From NCBI GenBank assembly GCA_944386605.1, contig CALXBS010000004.1:1-58909 (forward strand): DNA of 58,909 nt, given 5' to 3'. Below the pieces are notes generated by a model. It had not been told where the DNA came from. It saw only the letters and a program-made list of their open reading frames with translations, and ran no database searches. This DNA is from an uncultured Clostridia bacterium. GTDB taxonomy: Bacteria > Bacillota > Clostridia > TANB77 > CAG-465. Positions 49,077 to 57,832 of the stretch are shown here, one piece after another (position 1 is the stretch's first letter; every line of letters begins with the position of its first letter). A program made the translations under genes and the position numbers.

Positions 49077-50447
49077 CTAAAAATTAGAATATAAAAATGA
49101 CACAAAAGTATCACTTACAAGATAAGATGATGTAATGACTAATATGATAATCATTACTGCAATATTTAGTACATTTATCACCAATTGATTTTTGAAATAT
49201 AATACTTTGTATAAATTTTTAAAAATAGGCGTACAAGCAATGATTCCAATTAAATAATAACACCAATTATTTCTAAATAAAAACAAAGATTCAAAATCCG
49301 AAAATCCATTTCCTCCAAATAAGCAACTAATATGATTAGAAATACTTGCAAAATCTGTACAATAGAAAAAAATCCAACCAAAGCTAACTAGTAAAAAACT
49401 ATATAAAATACTAAATATTTTTGGGATTTTTTCTAAAATTTTTCTAAAAAATAATTTTTCTAAAACAATAAGTACACCAAAATAAGCGCCCCAAAGCATA
49501 AAATTTAAAGTTGCTCCATGCCACATTCCTGTTAAGACCCATACAACCATTAGATTCATCACTAATCTTATCTTTCCAACTCTATTTCCGCCTAAAGGAA
49601 TATATACATAATCTTTAAAGAAACTTCCTAAAGTCATATGCCATCTTCTCCAAAAATCAGAAATGCTTGTTGCAAGATAAGGATATTTGAAATTCTCTGG
49701 TAAAATAAATCCAAACATGTTTCCAAGTCCTATTGCCATATGAGAATATCCACAAAAATCAAAATATATTTGAAGTGTAAATGTAAATACTGAAAGCAAT
49801 GCACTGGTTACAGATATGACTTGAATTTGTGAAAGTATACTAGCAAATGTATTTGCAAGAATTACTTTCATCGCAAGCCCAATGATAAAACGCTTCATAC
49901 CATTGTTAAATAATGGTTTTGTAATAGAACGTTTTTTGATCTTTTCCTTTATTTCATCATAACGTGTGATGGGTCCCATAAGAAGCTTTGGAAAAAATGA
50001 CACATATAGTGAAAAATCAATTAGATTTTTTTCTGCTTCTATTTTTTTAGTGTACACATCTACATTATAAGAAATCAGTGAAAAAATATAAAAAGATAAA
50101 CCAATTGGTACCGGTAATATCTGATAATGAATGGTATCTTTTACAATGAAATCTAAAATACCACTATAATATTTATAATAAATTAAAATAAATAAATTGA
50201 TTAGTAGATTCATTATAAAATAAAGCTTCCTATCTTTTCCTTTTTTACAATCTATATATCGATTTGAAAAATAATTATAAATTATTAAAGTTACAAAAAA
50301 TAAAATATTTTTTGGATCTCCCCAAGAATAAAATAATAAACTAACAATTACTAAATAAGCATTTTTTAATTTCTTAGGAATACACAAATAAAGTAAAAAA
50401 ATAATTGGTAATATAGTAAATAAAAATAATATGCTATTAAAGTTCAC
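49077..50447 (-). CDS. MBOAT-family O-acyltransferase (AlgI/DltB-like)
   Basis: Polytopic. Motifs FWRRWHMTLGSFFKDYVYIPLGGNR and TGMWHGAT (catalytic His region). Confidence 0.85.
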   Translation of the reverse strand: MNFNSILFLFTILPIIFLLYLCIPKKLKNAYLVIVSLLFYSWGDPKNILFFVTLIIYNYFSNRYIDCKKGKDRKLYFIMNLLINLFILIYYKYYSGILDFIVKDTIHYQILPVPIGLSFYIFSLISYNVDVYTKKIEAEKNLIDFSLYVSFFPKLLMGPITRYDEIKEKIKKRSITKPLFNNGMKRFIIGLAMKVILANTFASILSQIQVISVTSALLSVFTFTLQIYFDFCGYSHMAIGLGNMFGFILPENFKYPYLATSISDFWRRWHMTLGSFFKDYVYIPLGGNRVGKIRLVMNLMVVWVLTGMWHGATLNFMLWGAYFGVLIVLEKLFFRKILEKIPKIFSILYSFLLVSFGWIFFYCTDFASISNHISCLFGGNGFSDFESLFLFRNNWCYYLIGIIACTPIFKNLYKVLYFKNQLVINVLNIAVMIIILVITSSYLVSDTFVSFLYSNF

Positions 50448-50459
50448 ACTAATTACCTC

Positions 50460-50921
50460 CTAAAAAACGTCATTTAAACAAGTTTCTACTGCATCTATGT
50501 CAGGCAAAACAACGCAAATAATATATTCCTGTTTTTGTATGACCATTGCTTTTTTTAACATTTCTGTCTGTTCAATTCCATATCCTTCAAAACTTTTTAT
50601 CTGGCTATCTATATGACTTTCTACTTTTTCTAAAAGTTGTTGTCTTTTTTGTTTATCGCTCTGCTTAAATATCGTTATTTCTTCTACATTCATATAAGAA
50701 ATTGGGCCATAGCTCATGAAAGATTCATATAAATCTTCTTTTATCTTATAATTCTTCTTCACAATTTCTTCTGATTGCTCTTGCATAATATCCTGCTTTA
50801 CAAAATTTTTCATATTTTCTTGTAAAGTCACAAAATCGACATTTTTTTCTGCTGTTATAAATGGTAAAGCAAGCATAAAAATCATAAATAACATTACAAC
50901 ACTAATATACACTTTTTTCAT
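50460..50921 (-). CDS. small membrane-anchored protein, possibly the DUF4358-type partner of MBOAT/DHHW clusters
   Basis: Start set to ATG 50921, behind an AGGTGA RBS. Has an N-terminal TM helix. The assignment rests on context and size only. Confidence 0.45.
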   Translation of the reverse strand: MKKVYISVVMLFMIFMLALPFITAEKNVDFVTLQENMKNFVKQDIMQEQSEEIVKKNYKIKEDLYESFMSYGPISYMNVEEITIFKQSDKQKRQQLLEKVESHIDSQIKSFEGYGIEQTEMLKKAMVIQKQEYIICVVLPDIDAVETCLNDVF

Positions 50922-50930
50922 TGCAATCAC

Positions 50931-51701
50931 CTAAAACTTTGCTACCCTTATCATATGAATTGCCCATTTTCTATAAAAAAATACATTTGGGTGAATACCA
51001 TCTGGAGAAAATGGTGCATCAGAATTTTCCAAAATAGGAATATTATCAATAAATGTACAATCTTTTTCTTCACATAAAGCTTCTAATTTTTCATTATATA
51101 ATGCATAATATTGAAAATTTGGACTGTTTTGCATAACTTCTTGACTAACTGGTAACACACAATTAATGTAAAGTTCTGTATTTGGTAATTTCTCACGAAT
51201 TAAGTCAATTTGTGTTTCATAAGCATTAATAAATCCATCTACATTTGATCCAAAATTTAAAAGATCATTAGCACCATATTGTAGAAACAACGCTTGGGGT
51301 TGCATGATAATTGCCTTCTCTAAATCCTCATCCATTGTTTTTATTCCTCTTGAACGTATTCCTACAACATTATTACTATACAAAACACCATATCCTACTA
51401 ATCCTTCTGCAAAAGAATCACCTAATACTAAGGCATTTTGGAAAGCTTCCGCACAATTAATTTCATAATCTTCCAAATTAGAATAAATTCCTTCTTCCAC
51501 TTTTTCTGCTTCCTTCGCTTTTGCAATTGTTTGTAAAATTTCTTCTGGGTCTTGACTGTCTAATTGCTTTAACATATTCGTAGCATCCATACAAATTTCA
51601 TAATCTTTTTTATCTACTTTTTGCAAAGATATGTAAATAATGCTAGTGGTTATTGCTATTAAGAATACTACCATCAAAAAACTAAAAAATATTTTTTTCA
51701 T
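50931..51701 (-). CDS. SGNH/GDSL-family hydrolase
   Basis: Blocks LVLGDSFAEG, YGANDL and DGIHPN. Start set to ATG 51701, behind an AAGAGGT RBS. Confidence 0.75.
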   Translation of the reverse strand: MKKIFFSFLMVVFLIAITTSIIYISLQKVDKKDYEICMDATNMLKQLDSQDPEEILQTIAKAKEAEKVEEGIYSNLEDYEINCAEAFQNALVLGDSFAEGLVGYGVLYSNNVVGIRSRGIKTMDEDLEKAIIMQPQALFLQYGANDLLNFGSNVDGFINAYETQIDLIREKLPNTELYINCVLPVSQEVMQNSPNFQYYALYNEKLEALCEEKDCTFIDNIPILENSDAPFSPDGIHPNVFFYRKWAIHMIRVAKF

Positions 51702-51838
51702 TTTATCTACCTCTTTACTATTTTTTACAAAATTCGCTAAAATCATTCTACCATTTTATCATAAAAAAAACAACTATTCTTCATAATGATCTTATTATTT
51801 ATAAAAAATCCTAGAATTTTCCATTCTAGGTTAAATTT

Positions 51839-52768
51839 TCATTCATAAAATAAACTTTTGATTGCCTCTTTATAAATCTCTTTTACTTGATTATAAGAGT
51901 CTTGATTTTGTTCCATGTAATGATCTAACATAACACCACTATTTACTTCTAATACAAAAAATTCATCATGAACGGTTCTAATAATATCAATACTACCAAA
52001 TTTTAAAGGAATTTGTTTTAATAAACATTCTGTGATAAGTATTAACTTTTGTCTTATTTCTTCCTCTTCTATCTTTTTGGAAACAGAACCACAAGATAAA
52101 TTAAATCTCCAATCATATTGAAATTTTTCTTGATTTTTTAAAACTTTATCATATTTTGAATCTTTTAATTTATCTTTAAAATACAAGCCATTAAATTCTA
52201 ACAATAATTCTCTTATACTTTTATTTCCATCTCCTATCACACAAGGAAGATGTTTTTCATATAAGAGTTTTGCCTTTCCATTTAACACAACAATTCTATA
52301 TTCATATTTGATATCATAAAAAGGGCATATGCTAATAGAAGAATGACTTTCAAATAATTTATCTAAAATAGAATCAATTTGTTGTATATCGGTTACATGA
52401 AAAACATGGTGGCCACAAGTTCCATCATTTGGCTTTATAACTATATTTCCATAATGTTTTTTAAAATAATCTTTTACATATGCATAAGTATTACAACCAG
52501 TTGCATACTGTAAATGATTAGAAGGTGGATAAACAATTTCATGCTCAATAACAGGAATATTTTTATATTTTAATACTTCATATAAAGCATATTTGTCATC
52601 TGCAATAAGCCCCATAACATGTTCATTTAAATCAAATTTATATCCTGCAACAAATTTTGTCTTTCCTTCTTTTTCTAAAATAAGTACCCAATCTTTTGAA
52701 ACAAATTTATAATCAATACTTAATTCTTGACATATTTCTCCAATCATTGTCTTTATCACATCTATCAT
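51839..52768 (-). CDS. ATP-grasp domain protein
   Basis: IVIKPNDGTCGHHVF and FVLEVNSGVML resemble ATP-grasp (RimK-like) nucleotide-binding blocks. Confidence 0.6.
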   Translation of the reverse strand: MIDVIKTMIGEICQELSIDYKFVSKDWVLILEKEGKTKFVAGYKFDLNEHVMGLIADDKYALYEVLKYKNIPVIEHEIVYPPSNHLQYATGCNTYAYVKDYFKKHYGNIVIKPNDGTCGHHVFHVTDIQQIDSILDKLFESHSSISICPFYDIKYEYRIVVLNGKAKLLYEKHLPCVIGDGNKSIRELLLEFNGLYFKDKLKDSKYDKVLKNQEKFQYDWRFNLSCGSVSKKIEEEEIRQKLILITECLLKQIPLKFGSIDIIRTVHDEFFVLEVNSGVMLDHYMEQNQDSYNQVKEIYKEAIKSLFYE

Positions 52769-52913
52769 ATTTTTTCTCCTTTATATTGATACATAAAATA
52801 TCTTATTTCTACATATTATATATTACAAGCAAATATATTCTAATATAAATACATATAATAATCAAGATTCATTTTACAACAAAACTAAATTTTAAATTTT
52901 TTTAAAAAAGGTA

Positions 52914-52942
52914 TTGACAAAACATATCAAAATGAATATAAT
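52914..52942 (+). promoter_or_regulatory. consensus sigma-A promoter for tRNA-Gly
   Basis: TTGACA-17 nt-TATAAT, 18 nt upstream of the tRNA 5' end. Confidence 0.7.
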
Positions 52943-52960
52943 AGTTAATGTAAGTTAAAT

Positions 52961-53034
52961 GCGGGTGTAGTTCAATGGTAGAATGTCAGCCTTCCAAGCT
53001 GAACACGTGGGTCCGATTCCCATCACCCGCTCCA
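52961..53034 (+). tRNA. tRNA-Gly (anticodon UCC) with a non-canonical T-loop
   Basis: The cloverleaf folds by hand. Acceptor stem is GCGGGTG/CACCCGC, anticodon arm is TCAGC-CTTCCAA-GCTGA, and the encoded CCA is present. The T-arm is GTGGG-TCCGATT-CCCAT, so position 55 is C rather than the universal U. Confidence 0.85.
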
Positions 53035-53074
53035 ACGACGTATCTGTTCGAACTTTTATGAACAGGAGATACAA

Positions 53075-53108
53075 AATCAATCAGAAAAATAATCTGGTTG
53101 ATTTTTTG
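53075..53108 (+). terminator. terminator after tRNA-Gly
   Basis: AATCAATCAGA-N7-TCTGGTTGATT (one G-U pair) followed by TTTTTT. Confidence 0.65.
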
Positions 53109-53160
53109 TTGTCTAAAAAAGCAATTTAAAATCATCCAAAAAGAAGGGATGGTGTTTTAA

Positions 53161-53358
53161 ATGAAGATAATTAAGCAAAAATTGCAATTTGAGGAATGTC
53201 TAAAACAAAGACTTGAATTTATATGTGAGTTTTCTAAAATTAGCCCTACTTTTATAAATGGTAGCATTAGGAAACTAGAAAAAACAAATCTTACATATAT
53301 TGAGCCACATAGAATGATTATTAGAAATATTACTTTTTCATTTTACAAATTACTATAA
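53161..53358 (+). CDS. questionable small ORF (65 aa)
   Basis: Weak RBS and no recognisable family. It may not be coding. Confidence 0.3.
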   Translation: MKIIKQKLQFEECLKQRLEFICEFSKISPTFINGSIRKLEKTNLTYIEPHRMIIRNITFSFYKLL

Positions 53359-53383
53359 CTGCAAAAGTGACGGCATATTAAAT

Positions 53384-53412
53384 TTGCAATTTTATGTAAA
53401 ACATGCTATAAT
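53384..53412 (+). promoter_or_regulatory. sigma-A promoter, copy 1 of a duplicated promoter module
   Basis: TTGCAA-17 nt-TATAAT. About 30 nt are near-identical to 57163..57191. Confidence 0.6.
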
Positions 53413-53463
53413 TGTATTAGTTATGGTAAATATCCTAAAATAATTGAAAAGGAGAATATTCTT

Positions 53464-53832
53464 ATGAAAAACGAAAAAAGGAAAGAAACAATAAAAAAAT
53501 TGAATCAGGAGATTCAGAAACATCTTAGACAACTGCAGGAACTGATTATGATGGAAGCCGATGTGGAACTTAATAACGGAAATTATATTCCTAAAAAAGC
53601 TCAACGGTATGTTGATTTGAAAAAAATCAAAGAAGATAAGGAGAACTTATTGATTACTATTTCAGATTTAACAACCATCTGCAAGGCTCTGGAACGGGGA
53701 AAGACTACAGTAGTAATTCGTGGCACAGCAAAAAATTGCACTATGATTCTTATCGAGACAAGCAAATCGATTTCGGCAGCTGGCTTAGACCTGGATGGTG
53801 ATGGATTCACTGGTGAAATCTGGTTGAGCTAA
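53464..53832 (+). CDS. hypothetical protein
   Basis: 122 aa with an AAGGAGA RBS and a strong terminator. More G/C-rich than its surroundings by eye. Confidence 0.6.
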   Translation: MKNEKRKETIKKLNQEIQKHLRQLQELIMMEADVELNNGNYIPKKAQRYVDLKKIKEDKENLLITISDLTTICKALERGKTTVVIRGTAKNCTMILIETSKSISAAGLDLDGDGFTGEIWLS

Positions 53833-53840
53833 CTTTCCTA

Positions 53841-53877
53841 CCGACCACCTCTGTTGGTTTTGAGGTGGTTGGTTTTT
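53841..53877 (+). terminator. rho-independent terminator
   Basis: CCGACCACCTC-N10-GAGGTGGTTGG followed by TTTTT. Confidence 0.75.
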
Positions 53878-54057
53878 ATATTTTTAATATAATGTTTTCT
53901 TTCTCTCATTAATCCTCATATTTTGATTATTTATCTAAAAAGTATTGATAAATTAAGAAAGTTATGTTAAAGTAAAGATAATAAATTGATTGATATTTGT
54001 ATCAATCGTTATGAGAGAAAAAAGTTGTAGATAACTACGACGTTCGCTCCAGTAAAA

Positions 54058-54100
54058 AACAACTTATGGACTGTAAAAAGATCATAAGTTGTTATTTTTT
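54058..54100 (+). terminator. rho-independent terminator of a short non-coding unit
   Basis: AACAACTTATG-N14-CATAAGTTGTT followed by ATTTTTT. Confidence 0.7.
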
Positions 54101-54174
54101 ATCTAATGTAAGAGTAATTTAATTGTCTAGCCAGCACTGAATTTGTACTCCCACAGAGGAGTTTTTACATAAAT

Positions 54175-54214
54175 AAAGCATTGAGAACTTATTGTATCAA
54201 TGCTTTATTTTTTT
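54175..54214. terminator. bidirectional terminator (likely ends the minus-strand hydrolase operon)
   Basis: AAAGCATTGA-N12-TCAATGCTTT flanked by A/T runs. Confidence 0.65.
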
Positions 54215-54313
54215 ATGCTTCTCTTAAACTGTTTTCATTAAGCAAAAAATCATTAATGATAATATAAAAGTGATTGTAATTCTTTTTCTTTATTTATTAT
54301 TATCTTCTATTAA

Positions 54314-55270
54314 CTATAAATTTTTCTCTATATTTTGATAAAGACTATTATTATTTATTTCTGCATTTTCTCCAACAAATGCTTTTTTAGCTTCATTATC
54401 GCCTTGAAGATAATACATAAACCATGCAGTTACATATCCATCTGCATAATATAACATTTCTCCATGATCGCAGTCATTTCTTATAGCTAAGACTTTTGAA
54501 ACATCGTTTGATATTTGATTATAAGTTTTCTTTAAACTTTCTAACGGAGAAATTTTTTTATCTGTATCACCATTAGATGCTATCATAAGAGTATTTGTTT
54601 GGATTAAAGAAGAATCACTTTCCCATAAAAACGCCTTTGCAATATCTGTTTCTGTACTAGAAAGTATTACTGCTGCTTTATATATGTCTGAGTGTTTTTG
54701 GTCTGTTATGGCATTTATAACTCCTATTCCACCTTGAGAATGTCCAGCTACTCCTATTTTATCCATATCAATTTTATTGTAGAAAATATTTTCTTTTCCA
54801 TCTTCTTTATATTCATTTATAAATTCTAAATATCTAACTGACATTTCAGCAGAAAAACCATTCCAAGCATATTCTTCTTCTGTTGCTATCGTTATAAATC
54901 CCCAAGAAGCCATGTGTTTTTGAAGTGCTGAATATTTACTACCTTTAATTCCTGTTCCATTAACAAAAATAACAACTGGTAACTTATCCATAGATTCTAT
55001 ATCTTTAGGATAATAGATTTCAAATTTTTTAAATGACATCATTGCTCCTGTTTCATAATAATCTACTTCATGACTACCCATTTTTAAATATTTTTCTTCA
55101 ATCTCTCCACCTGTTTTAACTTTTTTTGTATAGTCATTTGGAACGGATGGTATTTTAGAAAGAATAACACCACAACCTTTTAATATGATTAAAATTATAA
55201 GAATTATTATTGCTATTTTCCCCATAATACCACTTACTTTCTTTTCATTTCTTATATTACTATTTTCCAT
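54314..55270 (-). CDS. alpha/beta hydrolase (membrane-anchored esterase/dienelactone-hydrolase-like)
   Basis: N-terminal TM helix, nucleophile elbow GVAGHSQGG, and a late CDHGE His region. Confidence 0.75.
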   Translation of the reverse strand: MENSNIRNEKKVSGIMGKIAIIILIILIILKGCGVILSKIPSVPNDYTKKVKTGGEIEEKYLKMGSHEVDYYETGAMMSFKKFEIYYPKDIESMDKLPVVIFVNGTGIKGSKYSALQKHMASWGFITIATEEEYAWNGFSAEMSVRYLEFINEYKEDGKENIFYNKIDMDKIGVAGHSQGGIGVINAITDQKHSDIYKAAVILSSTETDIAKAFLWESDSSLIQTNTLMIASNGDTDKKISPLESLKKTYNQISNDVSKVLAIRNDCDHGEMLYYADGYVTAWFMYYLQGDNEAKKAFVGENAEINNNSLYQNIEKNL

Positions 55271-55279
55271 ACATTCTCC

Positions 55280-56251
55280 TTATTTTACTGGCATATATTT
55301 ATTTAAATATTCTTCTACTGTATCCAAATATTTCATATATTCTTTTGTATCATTTTGAAGCCCATGCCCAGAATGTTCTAAAACAAAATATTTATGATCG
55401 ACACCTGCTGCTGTTAATGCCTCATCTAGTCTAACAGAACCTTCATAAGGTTGGAAAATATCATGTTTTCCATAAGCCATTACTGTAGGCACAGTATTTT
55501 CATCTACCCACAAAAGTGCTGATACATCTTTTATAAGTTCATCATATTCTTTTGTTCCAAACATATCTTCTGTTATTTTTTTACCTGTCATATAAGAAAA
55601 TATATCTGCCGCTGCTTTACTATCTTTATCTAAGCCATAACTTTTCCAATCTTCTGGATAAAAACTAGAAGGTCCTACCCCTTCAAAAACCATTCTTACA
55701 GGAACAGGCGCTTCTTTGGCATCTCTATAAGCATATATTAAAGCAAGACATCCTCCGGCAGATCCTCCTGCTATCGTCATTTCATCAATATTATACCCAA
55801 ATTCTTTTGCTTTATTAACTACTATTGGTATTGCTTTTTTGATTTCTTCTGACATTGTTTTGATATTATATTGAGGATTATCATCAGTATTTAAAGTATA
55901 GTTTATTCCTGCTGTTACATACCCTTTAGAAACATAGTATTTTAAAGTATCAGCGTCATCTTTTTTATCACCTGTTCTAAATCCTCCTGCGTGCAAATAA
56001 ACAATTAATCCATAACTTTCTTTGGAATTATCTGATGGTACGTATAAATCAAACTTGTTTGATTCCAGTTCTCCATAAGAAATGTCACTATAAATTTTTC
56101 CTACTTCATCTGTCCAATTAACTTTATATTTTCCATGAAATGGGTCATAAACCAACTTAAAAATTACTCCACCTACAAAAGAAATTATAAATAAAATTAT
56201 ACATAAAAATATAAACATACCTGTTTTATTTCCCTTCTTTTCATTTCTCAT
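55280..56251 (-). CDS. alpha/beta hydrolase (esterase/lipase, HGG-type oxyanion hole)
   Basis: N-terminal TM helix, YLHAGGF, nucleophile elbow IAGGSAGG, and a late HSGHG. Confidence 0.75.
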   Translation of the reverse strand: MRNEKKGNKTGMFIFLCIILFIISFVGGVIFKLVYDPFHGKYKVNWTDEVGKIYSDISYGELESNKFDLYVPSDNSKESYGLIVYLHAGGFRTGDKKDDADTLKYYVSKGYVTAGINYTLNTDDNPQYNIKTMSEEIKKAIPIVVNKAKEFGYNIDEMTIAGGSAGGCLALIYAYRDAKEAPVPVRMVFEGVGPSSFYPEDWKSYGLDKDSKAAADIFSYMTGKKITEDMFGTKEYDELIKDVSALLWVDENTVPTVMAYGKHDIFQPYEGSVRLDEALTAAGVDHKYFVLEHSGHGLQNDTKEYMKYLDTVEEYLNKYMPVK

Positions 56252-56379
56252 AGGAAATTACCTCCAAACAATGTTCCACCTATCATTAAATTAATGATAG
56301 CTCTAGTTGCTAATGCACCAAGATAAAAACCAACTAATACTACAATACCCAAAATAGCAACTCTTTTTTTGGTAAACAT
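56248..56379 (-). CDS. possible 43-aa membrane peptide, translationally coupled to the hydrolase gene
   Basis: Not in the ORF track. Sequence is MFTKKRVAILGIVVLVGFYLGALATRAIINLMIGGTLFGGNFL. Its stop overlaps the next start (ATGA). The RBS is weak (GGGAAGTG). Confidence 0.4.
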   Translation of the reverse strand: MFTKKRVAILGIVVLVGFYLGALATRAIINLMIGGTLFGGNFL

Positions 56380-56415
56380 TTTTTTCACTTCCCTTACTAG
56401 AATTCCAATTAATTT

Positions 56416-56435
56416 TATGATACAATTGTATCATA
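56416..56435. promoter_or_regulatory. perfect 20-bp palindrome, probable TetR operator
   Basis: TATGATACAATTGTATCATA, in the divergent intergenic region between the TetR gene and the peptide/hydrolase operon. Confidence 0.6.
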
Positions 56436-56483
56436 GATAGTTATTTTTAACAATATCTCAAAGTAAAACTGAAACAAAGAGGA

Positions 56484-57005
56484 GTGATTTGTATCATAAA
56501 CAATGAAAAGGTAAATATGCTAGTTAAAGATTCAATAACAGAAGCATTATTACAATTATTAAAAAATAAAACATTAGATAAGATATCGATTATTGAAATT
56601 ACAAATAAGGCTGGCGTTGGTCGTGTTTCTTTTTATCGTAATTTTGAAAGTAAAGAAGATATTTTAAAAAAATATACTGACAACATAACTGATAATTTTG
56701 TAAAAAATCAAAAATTTAAATATAATTCAAAAAGATTTAAAGAATATCTTATTATACTATTTGAACATTTGAATAATCATAAAGACTACTGTCTTTTATT
56801 ATATAAAAACAACTTACTTTATTTAGTAAAAGAAACTTTTGATAAATATTTTTTAAAAAATGCAAAAAATAAGAATGAACAATTTAATCAAATGTTTATT
56901 TCTGGTGGTTTATTTAATATTTTTGAGTTTTGGTTAATAAATGGTTGTAAAGAACAGCCAACTGAATTATCAGAAATGTTTTTTAATTTTATTTATAGTA
57001 ATTAA
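56484..57005 (+). CDS. TetR/AcrR-family transcriptional regulator
   Basis: N-terminal HTH is ISIIEITNKAGVGRVSFYRNFESKEDIL. The true start is uncertain: GTG 56484 or ATG 56517. Confidence 0.8.
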   Translation: MICIINNEKVNMLVKDSITEALLQLLKNKTLDKISIIEITNKAGVGRVSFYRNFESKEDILKKYTDNITDNFVKNQKFKYNSKRFKEYLIILFEHLNNHKDYCLLLYKNNLLYLVKETFDKYFLKNAKNKNEQFNQMFISGGLFNIFEFWLINGCKEQPTELSEMFFNFIYSN

Positions 57006-57162
57006 GTATAAGTTTACATGTGAACTACCCATTGCCTAAAACTAAACGGACTTCCTGCTTCCTTGACCTCGTAATCTACTATCACTATAAAAAACTTACA
57101 AATTGCAAAAAGTCCGTAAATTTTATTTTATATTATAATTAAAACAATTAAACAGTTAAAAT

Positions 57163-57191
57163 TTGCAATATTATGTAAAATATAGTATAAT
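57163..57191 (+). promoter_or_regulatory. sigma-A promoter, copy 2 of a duplicated promoter module
   Basis: TTGCAA-17 nt-TATAAT. Compare AAATTTGCAATATTATGTAAAATATAGTATAAT here with AAATTTGCAATTTTATGTAAAACATGCTATAAT at 53381. Confidence 0.6.
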
Positions 57192-57256
57192 ACAAGATGT
57201 ATTATTGAAAATATGCTAAAAAAATCTAACGTTAAGCAATTCAAGGAGGACAAATT

Positions 57257-57832
57257 ATGAGTTATGATTCAAAATTAGAAGGCATAATGACATTAGCTAT
57301 TGCAATGAGTCCCAAAAATTCACATGAAGGAACAAAAACTGTTCAAAAAGCCCAACAAATTAGAGCCAAAAATTCATGTAAGTTGCCACGGAATATGAGA
57401 CCAAATCAAGCAGCTTTTGAGGCACTTGGTTTTATTTTTACTGATATAGGTGACGATGTTTTGTTTAAAGCAACTTTGCCTGAGGGATGGTCAACAGAGG
57501 AAGAACCGGGAGCAACTATTCTTTGGGAAAAACTAATTGATGATAAAGGGCGTGTACGTGGTAATTACTACTATAAAGCAGCATTCTATAATCGTTCTGG
57601 TCAAATGAATCTATTTTCCAGATATCACTTAACTGACCAGTTCACGGATCCTGATAATTTTAACAGTCCTGTAAATGTTGTTGTTACAGATTTTGATGGT
57701 TCCATTATTTTTAACGCCGGTCAATGCAAAAGATGTTATTCAAAAGAATATGATGCCCTTGTTGAAAAAGCAAAAGAGTATCTGTTGTCTCATTACCCTG
57801 AGTGGAAAGACACCACGAAATACTGGGACTAG
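57257..57832 (+). CDS. hypothetical protein
   Basis: 191 aa with a CAAGGAGG RBS. More G/C-rich than its surroundings by eye. No family recognised. Confidence 0.6.
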   Translation: MSYDSKLEGIMTLAIAMSPKNSHEGTKTVQKAQQIRAKNSCKLPRNMRPNQAAFEALGFIFTDIGDDVLFKATLPEGWSTEEEPGATILWEKLIDDKGRVRGNYYYKAAFYNRSGQMNLFSRYHLTDQFTDPDNFNSPVNVVVTDFDGSIIFNAGQCKRCYSKEYDALVEKAKEYLLSHYPEWKDTTKYWD

